Below, piece after piece: positions 35,881 to 45,578 of a stretch of DNA of 63,823 bases; position 1 is the first letter of the stretch; each line of letters opens with the position of its first letter. The notes below the pieces were generated by a model, which saw only the letters and a program-made list of their open reading frames with translations, did not search any database and was not told the DNA's origin. The DNA is from Candidatus Nanoarchaeia archaeon (lineage in GTDB: Archaea > Nanobdellota > Nanobdellia > Woesearchaeales > DATDXC01), in the NCBI GenBank assembly GCA_035289425.1, contig DATDXC010000074.1:1-63823 (forward strand). The letters run 5' to 3'. The position numbers were made by a program, and so were the translations under genes.

Positions 35881-38154
35881 ATGAGGGGAATAAAAAGAGG
35901 AGTAACTAGATTTATGATAATCTTTTTGCTATTAGCAATAATTTCCCCTATAGCTTACGCTGAATTGCAATTAACCATAAACGCCAAGCTTAATGATTAT
36001 AATGCAGATTTTATTGCAAGAACTAATGCAAATGCAAATTCTGCTTATAATGACGGATATGATATTGTTGTTTATGATTTGCCTGATAATTATTCTCAGT
36101 TTTACTCAACTAATGGAAGCACAAAGCTGTCTGTTGACACATGGAGTAATACATCCATTTCAAGAACAATAAATCTAACTTATCTAACTTCTAATCATGA
36201 ATCTGGAACTTTAAACCTTTCATGGTTTATTTCTCCAGAGTTTGGTTTTGCTTATCTCACAGATTATGGATATGACAGCAGTTACACACTTCAAAACAGC
36301 AGTGAAATAAATATGAAAACAGATTCTTCATACGCAACAGATGTCAATGGCTCTAACAGATACCTGCAACTAAGAATAACTACTGACCTGTGTTATGCAG
36401 GCATGGCTGGATCTAACACAGTAGCAGATCCATGCATGATAACCAGCTGCACACAGCTGCAGAATATGAGCATGGACTTATCAGGCAATTATGCATTAAG
36501 CAATAATATAAACTGTTCTGAAACATCAACATGGAACTGGGATGGAAGCCAATACCTTGGTTTCAAGCCGGTTGGCAATGAATCAGTTTCATTCACTGGA
36601 ACGCTACAAGGAAACAACAACACCATAAGTAAACTGTTCATACAAAGGCCTGCGACAGACTATGTTGGATTATTTGGCAGTATCGATGAAGGCGCAATTA
36701 TAGGCCTTAACCTGACTGAAGCAAACATTACAGGCCATAGCTTTGTAGGAGGGATAACTGGTTACATCCTGAAAGGAAGCATCAACTATTCAAGAGTTAG
36801 TGGTGTATTCAATTCAACCATGGATGTAAATGCAGCATTGGGCGGCTTGGCAGGATACATACACAATAGCACGGTTATAGGAGTTGTGGTTAATGCTACC
36901 TTCTTCAATAATGGAAGGTATACAGGCGGTATCACTGGTTATGCATATTACAGTACAATTATCCAGTCTGCATCATCTGGATATATCCGAAGCCCGAGCC
37001 TTGCAGCAGGCGGCTTGGTCGGTAGCCTTGATTACAGCACTATCCTAGAATCGTATTCCACTGTAACAGTGAACCTTACAGACTCTGGAGTAGGGGGATT
37101 AGCAGGCTTGGCTTTTGAATCTTCTATATCTGACTCATATGCAACAGGCAGAATCAACGGATCAAACCAGGTTGGCGGCCTTGTTGGAGTAAGCACCTCG
37201 CAGATCAATAATTCATATGCCACTGGAAATGTCAACGGCAATGCTAATGTCGGTGGCTTAATCGGTGATTTGCAGGGAGGGGTTGTAAGAAACTCATTTT
37301 CAACAGGTAATGTGACTGGGGCAGCTTCAATTGGCGGACTTACAGGATCTCACGGAGGAACAATCATAAATGGTTATTGGTATAATAACTCAGAAAATCC
37401 TTCTGATTGCTATTCCGGTGGAAACAGCGGATGCACTTCCGAAAGCCAGATTGATTATTTTACTGGAGATGTCAATTATGAAGAGCCGATGAGCTACTGG
37501 GATTTCTTTGAAACTTGGAGTGAAATAGATTCAGACTATCCAGTTTTGACTTGGCAGGGCATCGGAACAGATGTTTTATCCAGGATTTATGTTTACAACC
37601 TAACTGAGCTTTATTCTGATGGGACATTAAAGATATTTGAATTTTTTATAAAAAACAACGACACCAAAACAATAAGGAATATCAGCTGGGTGTTGTATAC
37701 TGGGGAAGAAAACATCACTTCTGATTATACTTTAACATTGGCTCAGAATGAGAGCATTTCTGTTATTGTCCAATACAACTACACTCAAACAAAAGAATAT
37801 ACTGTAAATGCCACAGCAACAAAAGGCAATAGCCAGGATTCAAAAATCATCATTATAGACGTAGAAGATATTGAGCTAAATAATCTGGCATTGTTGAATA
37901 AAACTTCAACCAATGCCATATTTGAATTTTCAATAACTAATTATTTAGCAAATCCTTTAACTGATGTTTCATGGATTTTTGACACCGATGATAATTATGT
38001 AATAAACAGCACAATAAACTTAACATTGCAACCAGATGAAAGCATTTTTGTTTATGTTGAATATAATTACTCGACTGTAGGAACTTATTATCCTAATGCT
38101 ACTGCCATAAATGGCAGTTTGCAGGATTCAGCGAACATAAGCATCATCATTTAA
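35881..38154 (+). CDS. secreted GLUG-motif repeat protein with two C-terminal Ig/CARDB-like repeats
   Basis: Signal peptide ...SPIAYA|EL. GLUG repeats: VGGITGY, LGGLAGY, AAGGLVGS, GVGGLAGL, QVGGLVGV, NVGGLIGD and SIGGLTGS. The module is collinear with residues encoded at about 30900-31745 of the giant gene. Two repeats of about 95 aa end the protein. Confidence 0.8.
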   Translation: MRGIKRGVTRFMIIFLLLAIISPIAYAELQLTINAKLNDYNADFIARTNANANSAYNDGYDIVVYDLPDNYSQFYSTNGSTKLSVDTWSNTSISRTINLTYLTSNHESGTLNLSWFISPEFGFAYLTDYGYDSSYTLQNSSEINMKTDSSYATDVNGSNRYLQLRITTDLCYAGMAGSNTVADPCMITSCTQLQNMSMDLSGNYALSNNINCSETSTWNWDGSQYLGFKPVGNESVSFTGTLQGNNNTISKLFIQRPATDYVGLFGSIDEGAIIGLNLTEANITGHSFVGGITGYILKGSINYSRVSGVFNSTMDVNAALGGLAGYIHNSTVIGVVVNATFFNNGRYTGGITGYAYYSTIIQSASSGYIRSPSLAAGGLVGSLDYSTILESYSTVTVNLTDSGVGGLAGLAFESSISDSYATGRINGSNQVGGLVGVSTSQINNSYATGNVNGNANVGGLIGDLQGGVVRNSFSTGNVTGAASIGGLTGSHGGTIINGYWYNNSENPSDCYSGGNSGCTSESQIDYFTGDVNYEEPMSYWDFFETWSEIDSDYPVLTWQGIGTDVLSRIYVYNLTELYSDGTLKIFEFFIKNNDTKTIRNISWVLYTGEENITSDYTLTLAQNESISVIVQYNYTQTKEYTVNATATKGNSQDSKIIIIDVEDIELNNLALLNKTSTNAIFEFSITNYLANPLTDVSWIFDTDDNYVINSTINLTLQPDESIFVYVEYNYSTVGTYYPNATAINGSLQDSANISIII

Positions 38155-38175
38155 GGCAATAAGGGGGTGTTTTCA

Positions 38176-39996
38176 ATGAATAAAAAAATAATTTTGTGCG
38201 CAGTAATGTCTGTACTGTTAGCTGGTATTGCATTATCACAAGAAACTATCCAATCAACAAGTGATAAAATATCCTATAAGGGGATTGATGTAACTCCCTA
38301 CACATCGCAAGATATGATATATAATTCTACAATGTTTGATTGGGTTATAGATGGAAATTCATTTTACCCAGAACCCAAATCTTTAAAGTCATTTGGCGAG
38401 TTTCATTATCTGGTTAACAGATTGAAGTCAGAAGCAGAATGCGAACAAAAAAATCAATATTACGCAGACTGCAGCTATTATCAGATAAGCTTTGACAAAT
38501 TCATAGGGAAGAACAACATAACAAAAAGCGCAATAACTCAAATAAATGGAACATGTGGTGATAATCATTGCGTAATAGGAAATATGGTCAGCTTTTATGG
38601 AGCTATAACTAATTTAGACCCTGAGTTTGAATTAAGATACTCAACTTCAACATCCGGGTTTTATAATCAAACAGAAGCAACTGCTAATGGCATAAGATTA
38701 TCCGGAGCAAATCTACATGGAGACTTTAGATACTATGTGTATTATAACGGAACATCAAGCTATTGGGGCATTACATTAGGTAATAACGCTTCTGGAGGAA
38801 ATAATATAACACTGCAGACAAGGACAGCAGACAGCTATAATATCTCTGATATAGGCTTAATCAGCCTATGGGGATTGAATGATGATCCAAGCATTGGAGA
38901 AAATGCAACTTTCTTTGTAGATTCAACTGGAAGACATAATGGAACTTGCTCATCTTGCCCACTATTGACTCCAAATGGGACAGTAGGCAGCGATTATACT
39001 TTCAATAACAACCAGCTTAACTTAGGGAATATAGCGCCAAAAACAAGAAACCTTTCTATATCTTTATGGATCAATTTTAATTCAGACAGTGGTGGCAATC
39101 CGATGACGCCAGTAAATTTTAATGGTTATGTTAATCAAGAAAATTGTGGTTCGTATACGCTGCAGATATACCAAAGCGGCGGAACTGATATGGGATTTAC
39201 ATGTGGAGACAGATGGTATTCAAATGCAACCGAAACTGGCGAATATATTGTAGGAAATTGGTACCATCTAGTCATTAACCAGTATGCCAACGGTTCAATA
39301 AATGTGTTTAAAAATAATATCCAAATAAATCCTGACCCTGCAGCCACATCAGCTTCAACTTTAGATGATTGGGATAACGTTGTTTTGGGTAGGGGTGGCT
39401 GGGGAGTAAGATATTTAGATGGAAAGCTGGATGAAATCCGCATATATAATCGTTCTCTTTCAGCAGCAGAAGTTGCTGAATTATACAACTTAGGAAGCTA
39501 TCATATTGAATGGAATGGCGGAGAGGCTAACTGGAGTTCTGCAACAACAGTATCAGATGGAATTCCTATCACAACTTCTGCAAGTGGTAAGTTCATGCAG
39601 TTTAAAGCTAATCTTCATACTAATGATACTTCTGTAAGCCCTTATTTGATGAACCATAGCGTAAGCTTAACAGCACTTCCCCCTATATCGGCAAATGAGG
39701 CAGAAGGAAGGACAGCAATAGAGACAGGAATCAATAATGCGTTAATATCTCCAGCAGTCTATACTGACAAACAGATCTATTTAAGAAATAAGCTGAATAA
39801 CCAAGACATAGGAACTTTTGATAAGGTAGCTGTTAAGGGAAGCCAAAGATGGGCAATAAATTATATAACTACTGGAGAAAGTTACACAAATATGTTTAAT
39901 ATAACTCCTGTTGTTTATGTTTTAGAAATGACAAATCTAACGAGCAGCGAGATAACGACAGAAGTAGAAAATTTTATTAATAGTACTAGAAGTTGA
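38176..39996 (+). CDS. secreted LamG (Laminin_G_3 / concanavalin A-like lectin) domain protein
   Basis: Signal peptide MNKKIILCAVMSVLLAGIALS. The LamG hallmark ...LDGKLDEIRIYNRSLSAAEVAELYNLG is present. The ATG at 38176 follows an AAGGGGGTG SD. Confidence 0.8.
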   Translation: MNKKIILCAVMSVLLAGIALSQETIQSTSDKISYKGIDVTPYTSQDMIYNSTMFDWVIDGNSFYPEPKSLKSFGEFHYLVNRLKSEAECEQKNQYYADCSYYQISFDKFIGKNNITKSAITQINGTCGDNHCVIGNMVSFYGAITNLDPEFELRYSTSTSGFYNQTEATANGIRLSGANLHGDFRYYVYYNGTSSYWGITLGNNASGGNNITLQTRTADSYNISDIGLISLWGLNDDPSIGENATFFVDSTGRHNGTCSSCPLLTPNGTVGSDYTFNNNQLNLGNIAPKTRNLSISLWINFNSDSGGNPMTPVNFNGYVNQENCGSYTLQIYQSGGTDMGFTCGDRWYSNATETGEYIVGNWYHLVINQYANGSINVFKNNIQINPDPAATSASTLDDWDNVVLGRGGWGVRYLDGKLDEIRIYNRSLSAAEVAELYNLGSYHIEWNGGEANWSSATTVSDGIPITTSASGKFMQFKANLHTNDTSVSPYLMNHSVSLTALPPISANEAEGRTAIETGINNALISPAVYTDKQIYLRNKLNNQDIGTFDKVAVKGSQRWAINYITTGESYTNMFNITPVVYVLEMTNLTSSEITTEVENFINSTRS

Positions 39997-40039
39997 TTTC
40001 AGAGCGTTTAATTTTAGAAAAAATAAAAAATTATATTTT

Positions 40040-41254
40040 TTATTTCTTCCTATTTGCCCATGCTTTCAGTCGTAGAGCATTCAATTTGATAAAGCCGATT
40101 GCATCCATCTGATTATAGCCGCCGTGTTCATCCATCGAAGCTATCTTAGCATTATACAAGCTGGAAGGGCTCTCTCTACCTATAGCATTGACATTTCCTT
40201 TGTACAGCTTTAGATACACTTTTCCAGAGACATTTTCCTGAGATTTGTTTATCATGGTCTGCAACAGCTCCATCTCAGGAGAGTACCAGAATCCATTGTA
40301 GATCAATGATGACAATTTAGGTGTCAATGAATCACGGATCTGCATCACTTCCCTGTCCATGGTCATGCCTTCTATGTCTAAATGCGCTATTCGTAATACT
40401 GTTCCGGCCGGTGTTTCATATACCCCCCGAGATTTCATGCCGACAAAGCGGTCTTCTACTATATCAATTCTTCCTATTCCATTTTCTCCGGCAACCTTAT
40501 TCAGATAAGAGAATAATTTTAGTGGATCTGTTTCAGATTTCTTTTCGTTTGTTACCTTAATCGGAATTCCTTTCTTGAATTCGATTGATATCAAAGTAGG
40601 CTTATCAGGCGCTGTCTCAGGGCTTACTGTCAATTGAAATGCCTCTTCAGGTAATGTATACAGCGGGTCTTCCAGGACACCTGCTTCATAGCTGATGTGC
40701 ATGATGTTGGCGTCAGAGCTATAAGGGGCCTTCTTAGTAACCTGGATAGGAATACCTTTTTCTTTGGCATACTCAATCATATCCTGACGGCCTTTGAACT
40801 GTTTCAGGAATGAGTCATCCTTCCAGGGGCTGATTATTTTTACATCAGGCATTAGTGTGTAATAGGTCATCTCAAACCTTACCTGGTCATTGCCTTTGCC
40901 TGTTGCACCATGCGCTACAATGTTTGTTTTCTCTTTCTTTGCAATCTCAACCTGCTTTTTTGCTATTAAAGGTCTCGCCAATGATGTTCCCAACAGGTAT
41001 TTTCCTTCGTAAATAGCGTTTCCTTTGAGCGCAGGGAAAATAAAATCAGTAACAAATTCTTTCTTAACGTCTTCTATGTAGACCTTAGATGCGCCTAAGG
41101 AGAGAGCTTTCTTCTTTGCTGCATCAAAATCTTCTTTCTGGCCGAGGTCTGCTAAGAAGCAAACTACCTCATAGCCTTTATCAATAAGCCACTTTAGGAT
41201 TACGGATGTATCTAGGCCGCCTGAGTACGCTAAGATCACTTTTTGTTTTTGCAT
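40040..41254 (-). CDS. argG: argininosuccinate synthase
   Basis: [12 protein letters not shown]-pyrophosphatase motif and [13 protein letters not shown]. Confidence 0.95.
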   Translation of the reverse strand: MQKQKVILAYSGGLDTSVILKWLIDKGYEVVCFLADLGQKEDFDAAKKKALSLGASKVYIEDVKKEFVTDFIFPALKGNAIYEGKYLLGTSLARPLIAKKQVEIAKKEKTNIVAHGATGKGNDQVRFEMTYYTLMPDVKIISPWKDDSFLKQFKGRQDMIEYAKEKGIPIQVTKKAPYSSDANIMHISYEAGVLEDPLYTLPEEAFQLTVSPETAPDKPTLISIEFKKGIPIKVTNEKKSETDPLKLFSYLNKVAGENGIGRIDIVEDRFVGMKSRGVYETPAGTVLRIAHLDIEGMTMDREVMQIRDSLTPKLSSLIYNGFWYSPEMELLQTMINKSQENVSGKVYLKLYKGNVNAIGRESPSSLYNAKIASMDEHGGYNQMDAIGFIKLNALRLKAWANRKK

Positions 41255-41283
41255 TTTGAATAAAATTGCTTTTTTCTAAACTT

Positions 41284-41410
41284 TAATCAATATACTGCGC
41301 TTTTTGCCTCCCGGCAAAAAGCCGTATTTGCGCTGTGTATTGCAAATCCCAAAATTTCCGTTCCACGGAAATTTTGTTAAGATTGAATATTACTGCGCAA
41401 TTGATTATTA
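41284..41410 (-). promoter_or_regulatory. conserved structured 5' leader of argG (copy B)
   Basis: Paralogous to 17484-17600. Hairpins at 41351-41375 (10 bp), 41327-41346, and 41300-41321 (9 bp, GGGA loop on the minus strand). No AUG in the leader. Confidence 0.6.
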
Positions 41411-41416
41411 TCCTAA

Positions 41417-41475
41417 TTTATAAACTTATTGACTCAAAGAAGACAGTATGGACAAATTTGTCCTATTTTGGACAT
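41417..41475 (-). promoter_or_regulatory. arg promoter/operator (copy B)
   Basis: TTTATAAA 41417-41424; TATTGAC 41427-41433; a 16-nt spacer; perfect palindrome GGACAAATTTGTCC 41450-41463; a 6-nt spacer; GGACA 41470-41474, adjacent to the argC stop codon. Confidence 0.65.
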
Positions 41476-42452
41476 CACTTGAGCCCTTCTACTTCCTTGA
41501 GCCCGAACATGAGATTCATGTTCTGCACTGCCTGGCCGACTGCTCCCTTGATGAGGTTGTCTATAGCTGAGACTATCACAATCTGATTGTTCTCATCCAT
41601 CTCAAAGCCGCCGATTACGCATTTGTTTGTCTTCTGCACATCATGCAGATCAGGAATTTGGTCTATGACTTCCACGAATGGACAATTATGATACTGGCTC
41701 TTGAATATGTTCTTCACCTGTTCTGGCTCCAGATGTTTCTTAAGCAGCACATGTGCAGTGCAGAGAATCCCTTGGTAAGTATTGATCACGTGCGGGGTAA
41801 AACTCATCTTGGTCTTGATGAACTGTTCAATCTCATATTTATGGCGATGGTTGGCCAGCTTATAGGCTTGGATGTTGTCCTGGATTATGCTGGGATCCTG
41901 GAAATATACTGATCCTTTGCCTGCTCCTGAGAATCCTGATTTGCAGTCGAAGACTATGTATTTAGCAAATTTCTGGATAGGATAGGAAGCAAGAATGCAT
42001 GCTGTCGCAAAGCAACCAGGGTTGGCTATGACCTTTGCTTTTTGGATCTTATTCTTAAATATCTCCGGAAGCCCATAGACTGCCTTTGTTTTTTTGTCCT
42101 GATGCTGCACGCCGTATATTTTTTCAAATTCAACCGGATCCTTGAAGCGGTAATCAGCGCTTAGGTCTATTACTTTGGGCTTCAGCCAGGGAACATGCTT
42201 CATGGCTTCTGTGTGGGGAACGCATAGGAATACCACATCAGCTCCCAAGCCATTGATTTCCACATCAGTCATGTTGTGATATATGGTCTCCCTGAGCTCG
42301 CCTTCAGTTTCAGGGAATACCTCCTTGACTTTTTTACCGTCACAGCTCTGGCTGTTGAGAAGTTTTATCTCTACCTGGGGATGCTTATCCAGTATCTTGG
42401 TGAGCTCATAGCCGGTTATGCCTGATGCTCCGATTATTACTGCGCGTATCAT
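41475..42452 (-). CDS. argC: N-acetyl-gamma-glutamyl-phosphate reductase
   Basis: GASGITGYEL NAD motif and catalytic Cys in NPGCFATA. Confidence 0.9.
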   Translation of the reverse strand: MIRAVIIGASGITGYELTKILDKHPQVEIKLLNSQSCDGKKVKEVFPETEGELRETIYHNMTDVEINGLGADVVFLCVPHTEAMKHVPWLKPKVIDLSADYRFKDPVEFEKIYGVQHQDKKTKAVYGLPEIFKNKIQKAKVIANPGCFATACILASYPIQKFAKYIVFDCKSGFSGAGKGSVYFQDPSIIQDNIQAYKLANHRHKYEIEQFIKTKMSFTPHVINTYQGILCTAHVLLKKHLEPEQVKNIFKSQYHNCPFVEVIDQIPDLHDVQKTNKCVIGGFEMDENNQIVIVSAIDNLIKGAVGQAVQNMNLMFGLKEVEGLK

Positions 42453-43588
42453 AGTACCTCTTTCAGTATCTTAACAGCGGTGTCAGCTTCCTTTTTGGTT
42501 ATAGTGAGCGGTGGCAGGCAACGGAGGATATCATCTGCCACATTATTTACCAATAATCCTTTTTTCAGGCATTTCAATGTTATGTTTTTTGCTACATCCT
42601 TCTTAAGTTCAATGCCAATCATAAGCCCTTTTCCTTTTACCTTCTTTATGATTGGTTTCTTTATGTTTTTCAACTGCTGCATAAGATAGTTTCCCATCTT
42701 TTGGGCATTCTGCATCAGTTTCATGATCTCATCAATGGTTGCAATAGCAGCAGCGCATGCCAAGCTATTGCCTCCAAATGTGGATGCATGCTCTCCTGGC
42801 TTGAAATCAAGGCCCTTCCGTGCTATACAGACTCCTATGGGAAATCCATTTGCCAGGCCCTTGGCAGTTGTGACAATGTCAGGCTTTACATTCTCAAGCT
42901 GATATGCAAAGAATTTTCCTGTCTTACCATTGCCTGACTGCACTTCATCCACTATCAACAGTATTTTGTGTTTCTTGCAGACCTTCTCTACCTGTTTTAG
43001 ATATCCTTTGTCTGGGATGATGATCCCCGCTTCTCCCTGGATAGGCTCTATGATCACTGCAGCAGTTTCCTTGGATATTGCTTGCTCCAATGAGCTGATA
43101 TCGTTGTATTTGACAAAGGTAACCAAGGGGGCTAATGGCATAAAGGGCTCCTTATATTTTATTTTTGAGGTTGCAGCCAATGAGCCAGTAGTTCTTCCAT
43201 GGAAGCTGTGCTCAAAAGCAATGAATTTCTTCTTTTTGGAGATCTTTTTTGCGAGCTTGATCGCTGCTTCGTTCGCTTCTGTTCCAGAATTACAAAAGAA
43301 GCATTTCTGCAAGCCGGAAATCTTCGATAGTTTTTGGGCTAATTCAACCTGGGGTTTTGTATAATATAGATTGCTTACCTGCATCAGCGATGCAGCCTGC
43401 TTTGCCATAGCTTTTGAGACAGCAGGATTTGCATGGCCTAAAGGAACACAGCCAATCCCCGTGATGAAATCTAAGTATTTCTTTCCTTTATCATCAAATA
43501 CATAGCAGCCTTTGCCTTTAGTTATGACTACATCAAAGCGGTTGTAGGTGTGCATGATATACTGATGCTCTAATTCCTTAATTCCCAT
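42449..43588 (-). CDS. argD: acetylornithine aminotransferase
   Basis: Class III aminotransferase with PLP-Lys context DEVQSGNGKTGKFFA. Confidence 0.9.
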   Translation of the reverse strand: MGIKELEHQYIMHTYNRFDVVITKGKGCYVFDDKGKKYLDFITGIGCVPLGHANPAVSKAMAKQAASLMQVSNLYYTKPQVELAQKLSKISGLQKCFFCNSGTEANEAAIKLAKKISKKKKFIAFEHSFHGRTTGSLAATSKIKYKEPFMPLAPLVTFVKYNDISSLEQAISKETAAVIIEPIQGEAGIIIPDKGYLKQVEKVCKKHKILLIVDEVQSGNGKTGKFFAYQLENVKPDIVTTAKGLANGFPIGVCIARKGLDFKPGEHASTFGGNSLACAAAIATIDEIMKLMQNAQKMGNYLMQQLKNIKKPIIKKVKGKGLMIGIELKKDVAKNITLKCLKKGLLVNNVADDILRCLPPLTITKKEADTAVKILKEVL

Positions 43589-44429
43589 TTTTCACAATCT
43601 CCGTGCCAATACCTTTATCAGTGAAGAACTCCAACAAAATTGAATGGGGTGAAGTTCCGTTTATCAAGTGGGCTTTTTTGACTCCCTTCTGCACTGCATT
43701 GGAGCACGCCAATACTTTGGGTATCATACCTTTGCTGATGAAGCCTTGCTTGATCCCCTTTTTGGCGTCCTGGATGCTTAGGTGGGGTATCAATTTACCT
43801 TTCTCATATACCCCATCAACATCGGTAAGGATAGTGAGTTTCTCAGCGCCCACTGCTTCGGCTACCTTGGCAGCTACTGTATCAGCATTAATATTGGTGA
43901 ACTGATCATCGTATATACCTATCGGGCTAATTATAGGGGTTATGCCTGCTGCTATCTTTGCAAACAGCTTTTTTTTGTCTACTGATGTGATTTCACCCAC
44001 TAATCCAAGATGCTTGTCCTTTATCTTGGTGTGCAGAAGCCCTTGTGTAAGATTCTCTGCCTTGCATTTCTGCTTGTTCAGCAGTTGGACAATCTCTTTG
44101 TTGATCTGGTCGCTTACTCTCTTTACAATCTGCATTGTCTGTTTGTTAGTATAGCGGAGCCCATTAACGAAGACGGGCTTGATGTGGGCTTTGCGCATCT
44201 CCTTGTTTATTGATGGGCCACCCCCATGCACCACAATAGGGCTTATGCCCACATGTTTGAGGAACGCAATATCTGCCATGACTGCTTCTTTCATATCCTG
44301 GTCAATCATTGCATTACCGCCGTATTTTATCACAAAAATCTTGCCTGAATATTTTTGGATATAGGGCAATGCTTCGCTTAATGTATTTGCTTTTTTTTGT
44401 ATAGTGTCCATCTTAGTTGTAGTCTGCAT
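43578..44429 (-). CDS. argB: acetylglutamate kinase
   Basis: Amino-acid kinase motifs VIKYGGNAM and VHGGGP. The true start may be the internal ATG near 44411. Confidence 0.9.
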   Translation of the reverse strand: MQTTTKMDTIQKKANTLSEALPYIQKYSGKIFVIKYGGNAMIDQDMKEAVMADIAFLKHVGISPIVVHGGGPSINKEMRKAHIKPVFVNGLRYTNKQTMQIVKRVSDQINKEIVQLLNKQKCKAENLTQGLLHTKIKDKHLGLVGEITSVDKKKLFAKIAAGITPIISPIGIYDDQFTNINADTVAAKVAEAVGAEKLTILTDVDGVYEKGKLIPHLSIQDAKKGIKQGFISKGMIPKVLACSNAVQKGVKKAHLINGTSPHSILLEFFTDKGIGTEIVKNGN

Positions 44430-45573
44430 TTATCTGCACATAGTCATAGCTTAGATCACAGCCCCATGCAGTGGCTTTTTCCTTTCCTCCTTTAACATCC
44501 AGGGTTATGATGACTTTGTCTGATTTGATGAGCTTGCTTAATCTCTTAGGATCAAATTTTGTACCTGAGCTATTTTTGCAGATCAAACTGCCCTGGATGT
44601 AAATGTCCAGCGTGTTCTGGTTGAAGTCAGCTCCCGAGTAGCCTGCTGCGCACATTATGCGGCCCCAGTTAGGGCTGTTTCCGAATAAAGCACACTTAAT
44701 CAGGTTAGAAGAGACTATGCTCTTTGCAAGCTTCCGGGCATCTGCTTTAGACTTTGCGTTCTTTACATTAACTTCAACTAATTTGGTGGCGCCTTCTCCA
44801 TCAGCGGCAACCTTCTTGACTATTTCAGTGCACACATAGGTAAGGGCATCCTGGAATTGCCTTTTGGAGATCTTTTGGGCATTGGTTGATAGTAATAATA
44901 CCATATCTGAAGTTGAAGTGTCCATATCCACTGACACCATATTAAAGCTTTCATCGACTGACTGCTTGAGCATTTTCTTCAGTTCTTTACTTGAAAAATC
45001 TGCATCAGTGGTGATGAAGCAGAGCATGGTAGCCATGTTTGGATGGATCATGCCTGAGCCTTTTGCGATTGCCCCCATGGTGCAATTCCCAACCTTGATG
45101 GCAATTTCTTTCTTTACAAGGTCTGTTGTCAATATTGCCTCAGCTGCTGAATTCACTTTCTTAAGCTGCTTCTTTGAGTGTGAAATTCCTTTCTTGATCA
45201 ACTGCATGGGCAATGGCTGTCCGATAATGCCGGTTGAAGCTACCAGCACATTGAATGGGTTAATATCCAGTTCTGCAGCTGCAAGCTTAGCGGTGAGAAC
45301 TGCATCCATGATGCCTTTCTTGCCTGTAGCCACATTAGAGCAGCCCGAATTCACCACAATCGCCTGGGCTTTTCCATTTGCGATATGCTTTTGCGTAACA
45401 ATTATCGGAGCTCCCTTTACCTTATTCAGGGTAAACATGCCTGCTGCACTGCACACCTTATCTGCACAGATGATTGCGAAGTCTTTCTTTCCTTTCTTGA
45501 TGCCGATGGCTTTGCCTACAGCAGTAAATCCTTCAACAGCTGTTACATTATTCTTAAGGTGTTTGTATATCAT
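44413..45573 (-). CDS. argJ: bifunctional ornithine acetyltransferase/N-acetylglutamate synthase
   Basis: Autoproteolytic site context ATMLCFITTDA. Confidence 0.9.
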   Translation of the reverse strand: MIYKHLKNNVTAVEGFTAVGKAIGIKKGKKDFAIICADKVCSAAGMFTLNKVKGAPIIVTQKHIANGKAQAIVVNSGCSNVATGKKGIMDAVLTAKLAAAELDINPFNVLVASTGIIGQPLPMQLIKKGISHSKKQLKKVNSAAEAILTTDLVKKEIAIKVGNCTMGAIAKGSGMIHPNMATMLCFITTDADFSSKELKKMLKQSVDESFNMVSVDMDTSTSDMVLLLSTNAQKISKRQFQDALTYVCTEIVKKVAADGEGATKLVEVNVKNAKSKADARKLAKSIVSSNLIKCALFGNSPNWGRIMCAAGYSGADFNQNTLDIYIQGSLICKNSSGTKFDPKRLSKLIKSDKVIITLDVKGGKEKATAWGCDLSYDYVQINADYN

Positions 45574-45578
45574 TTTGA

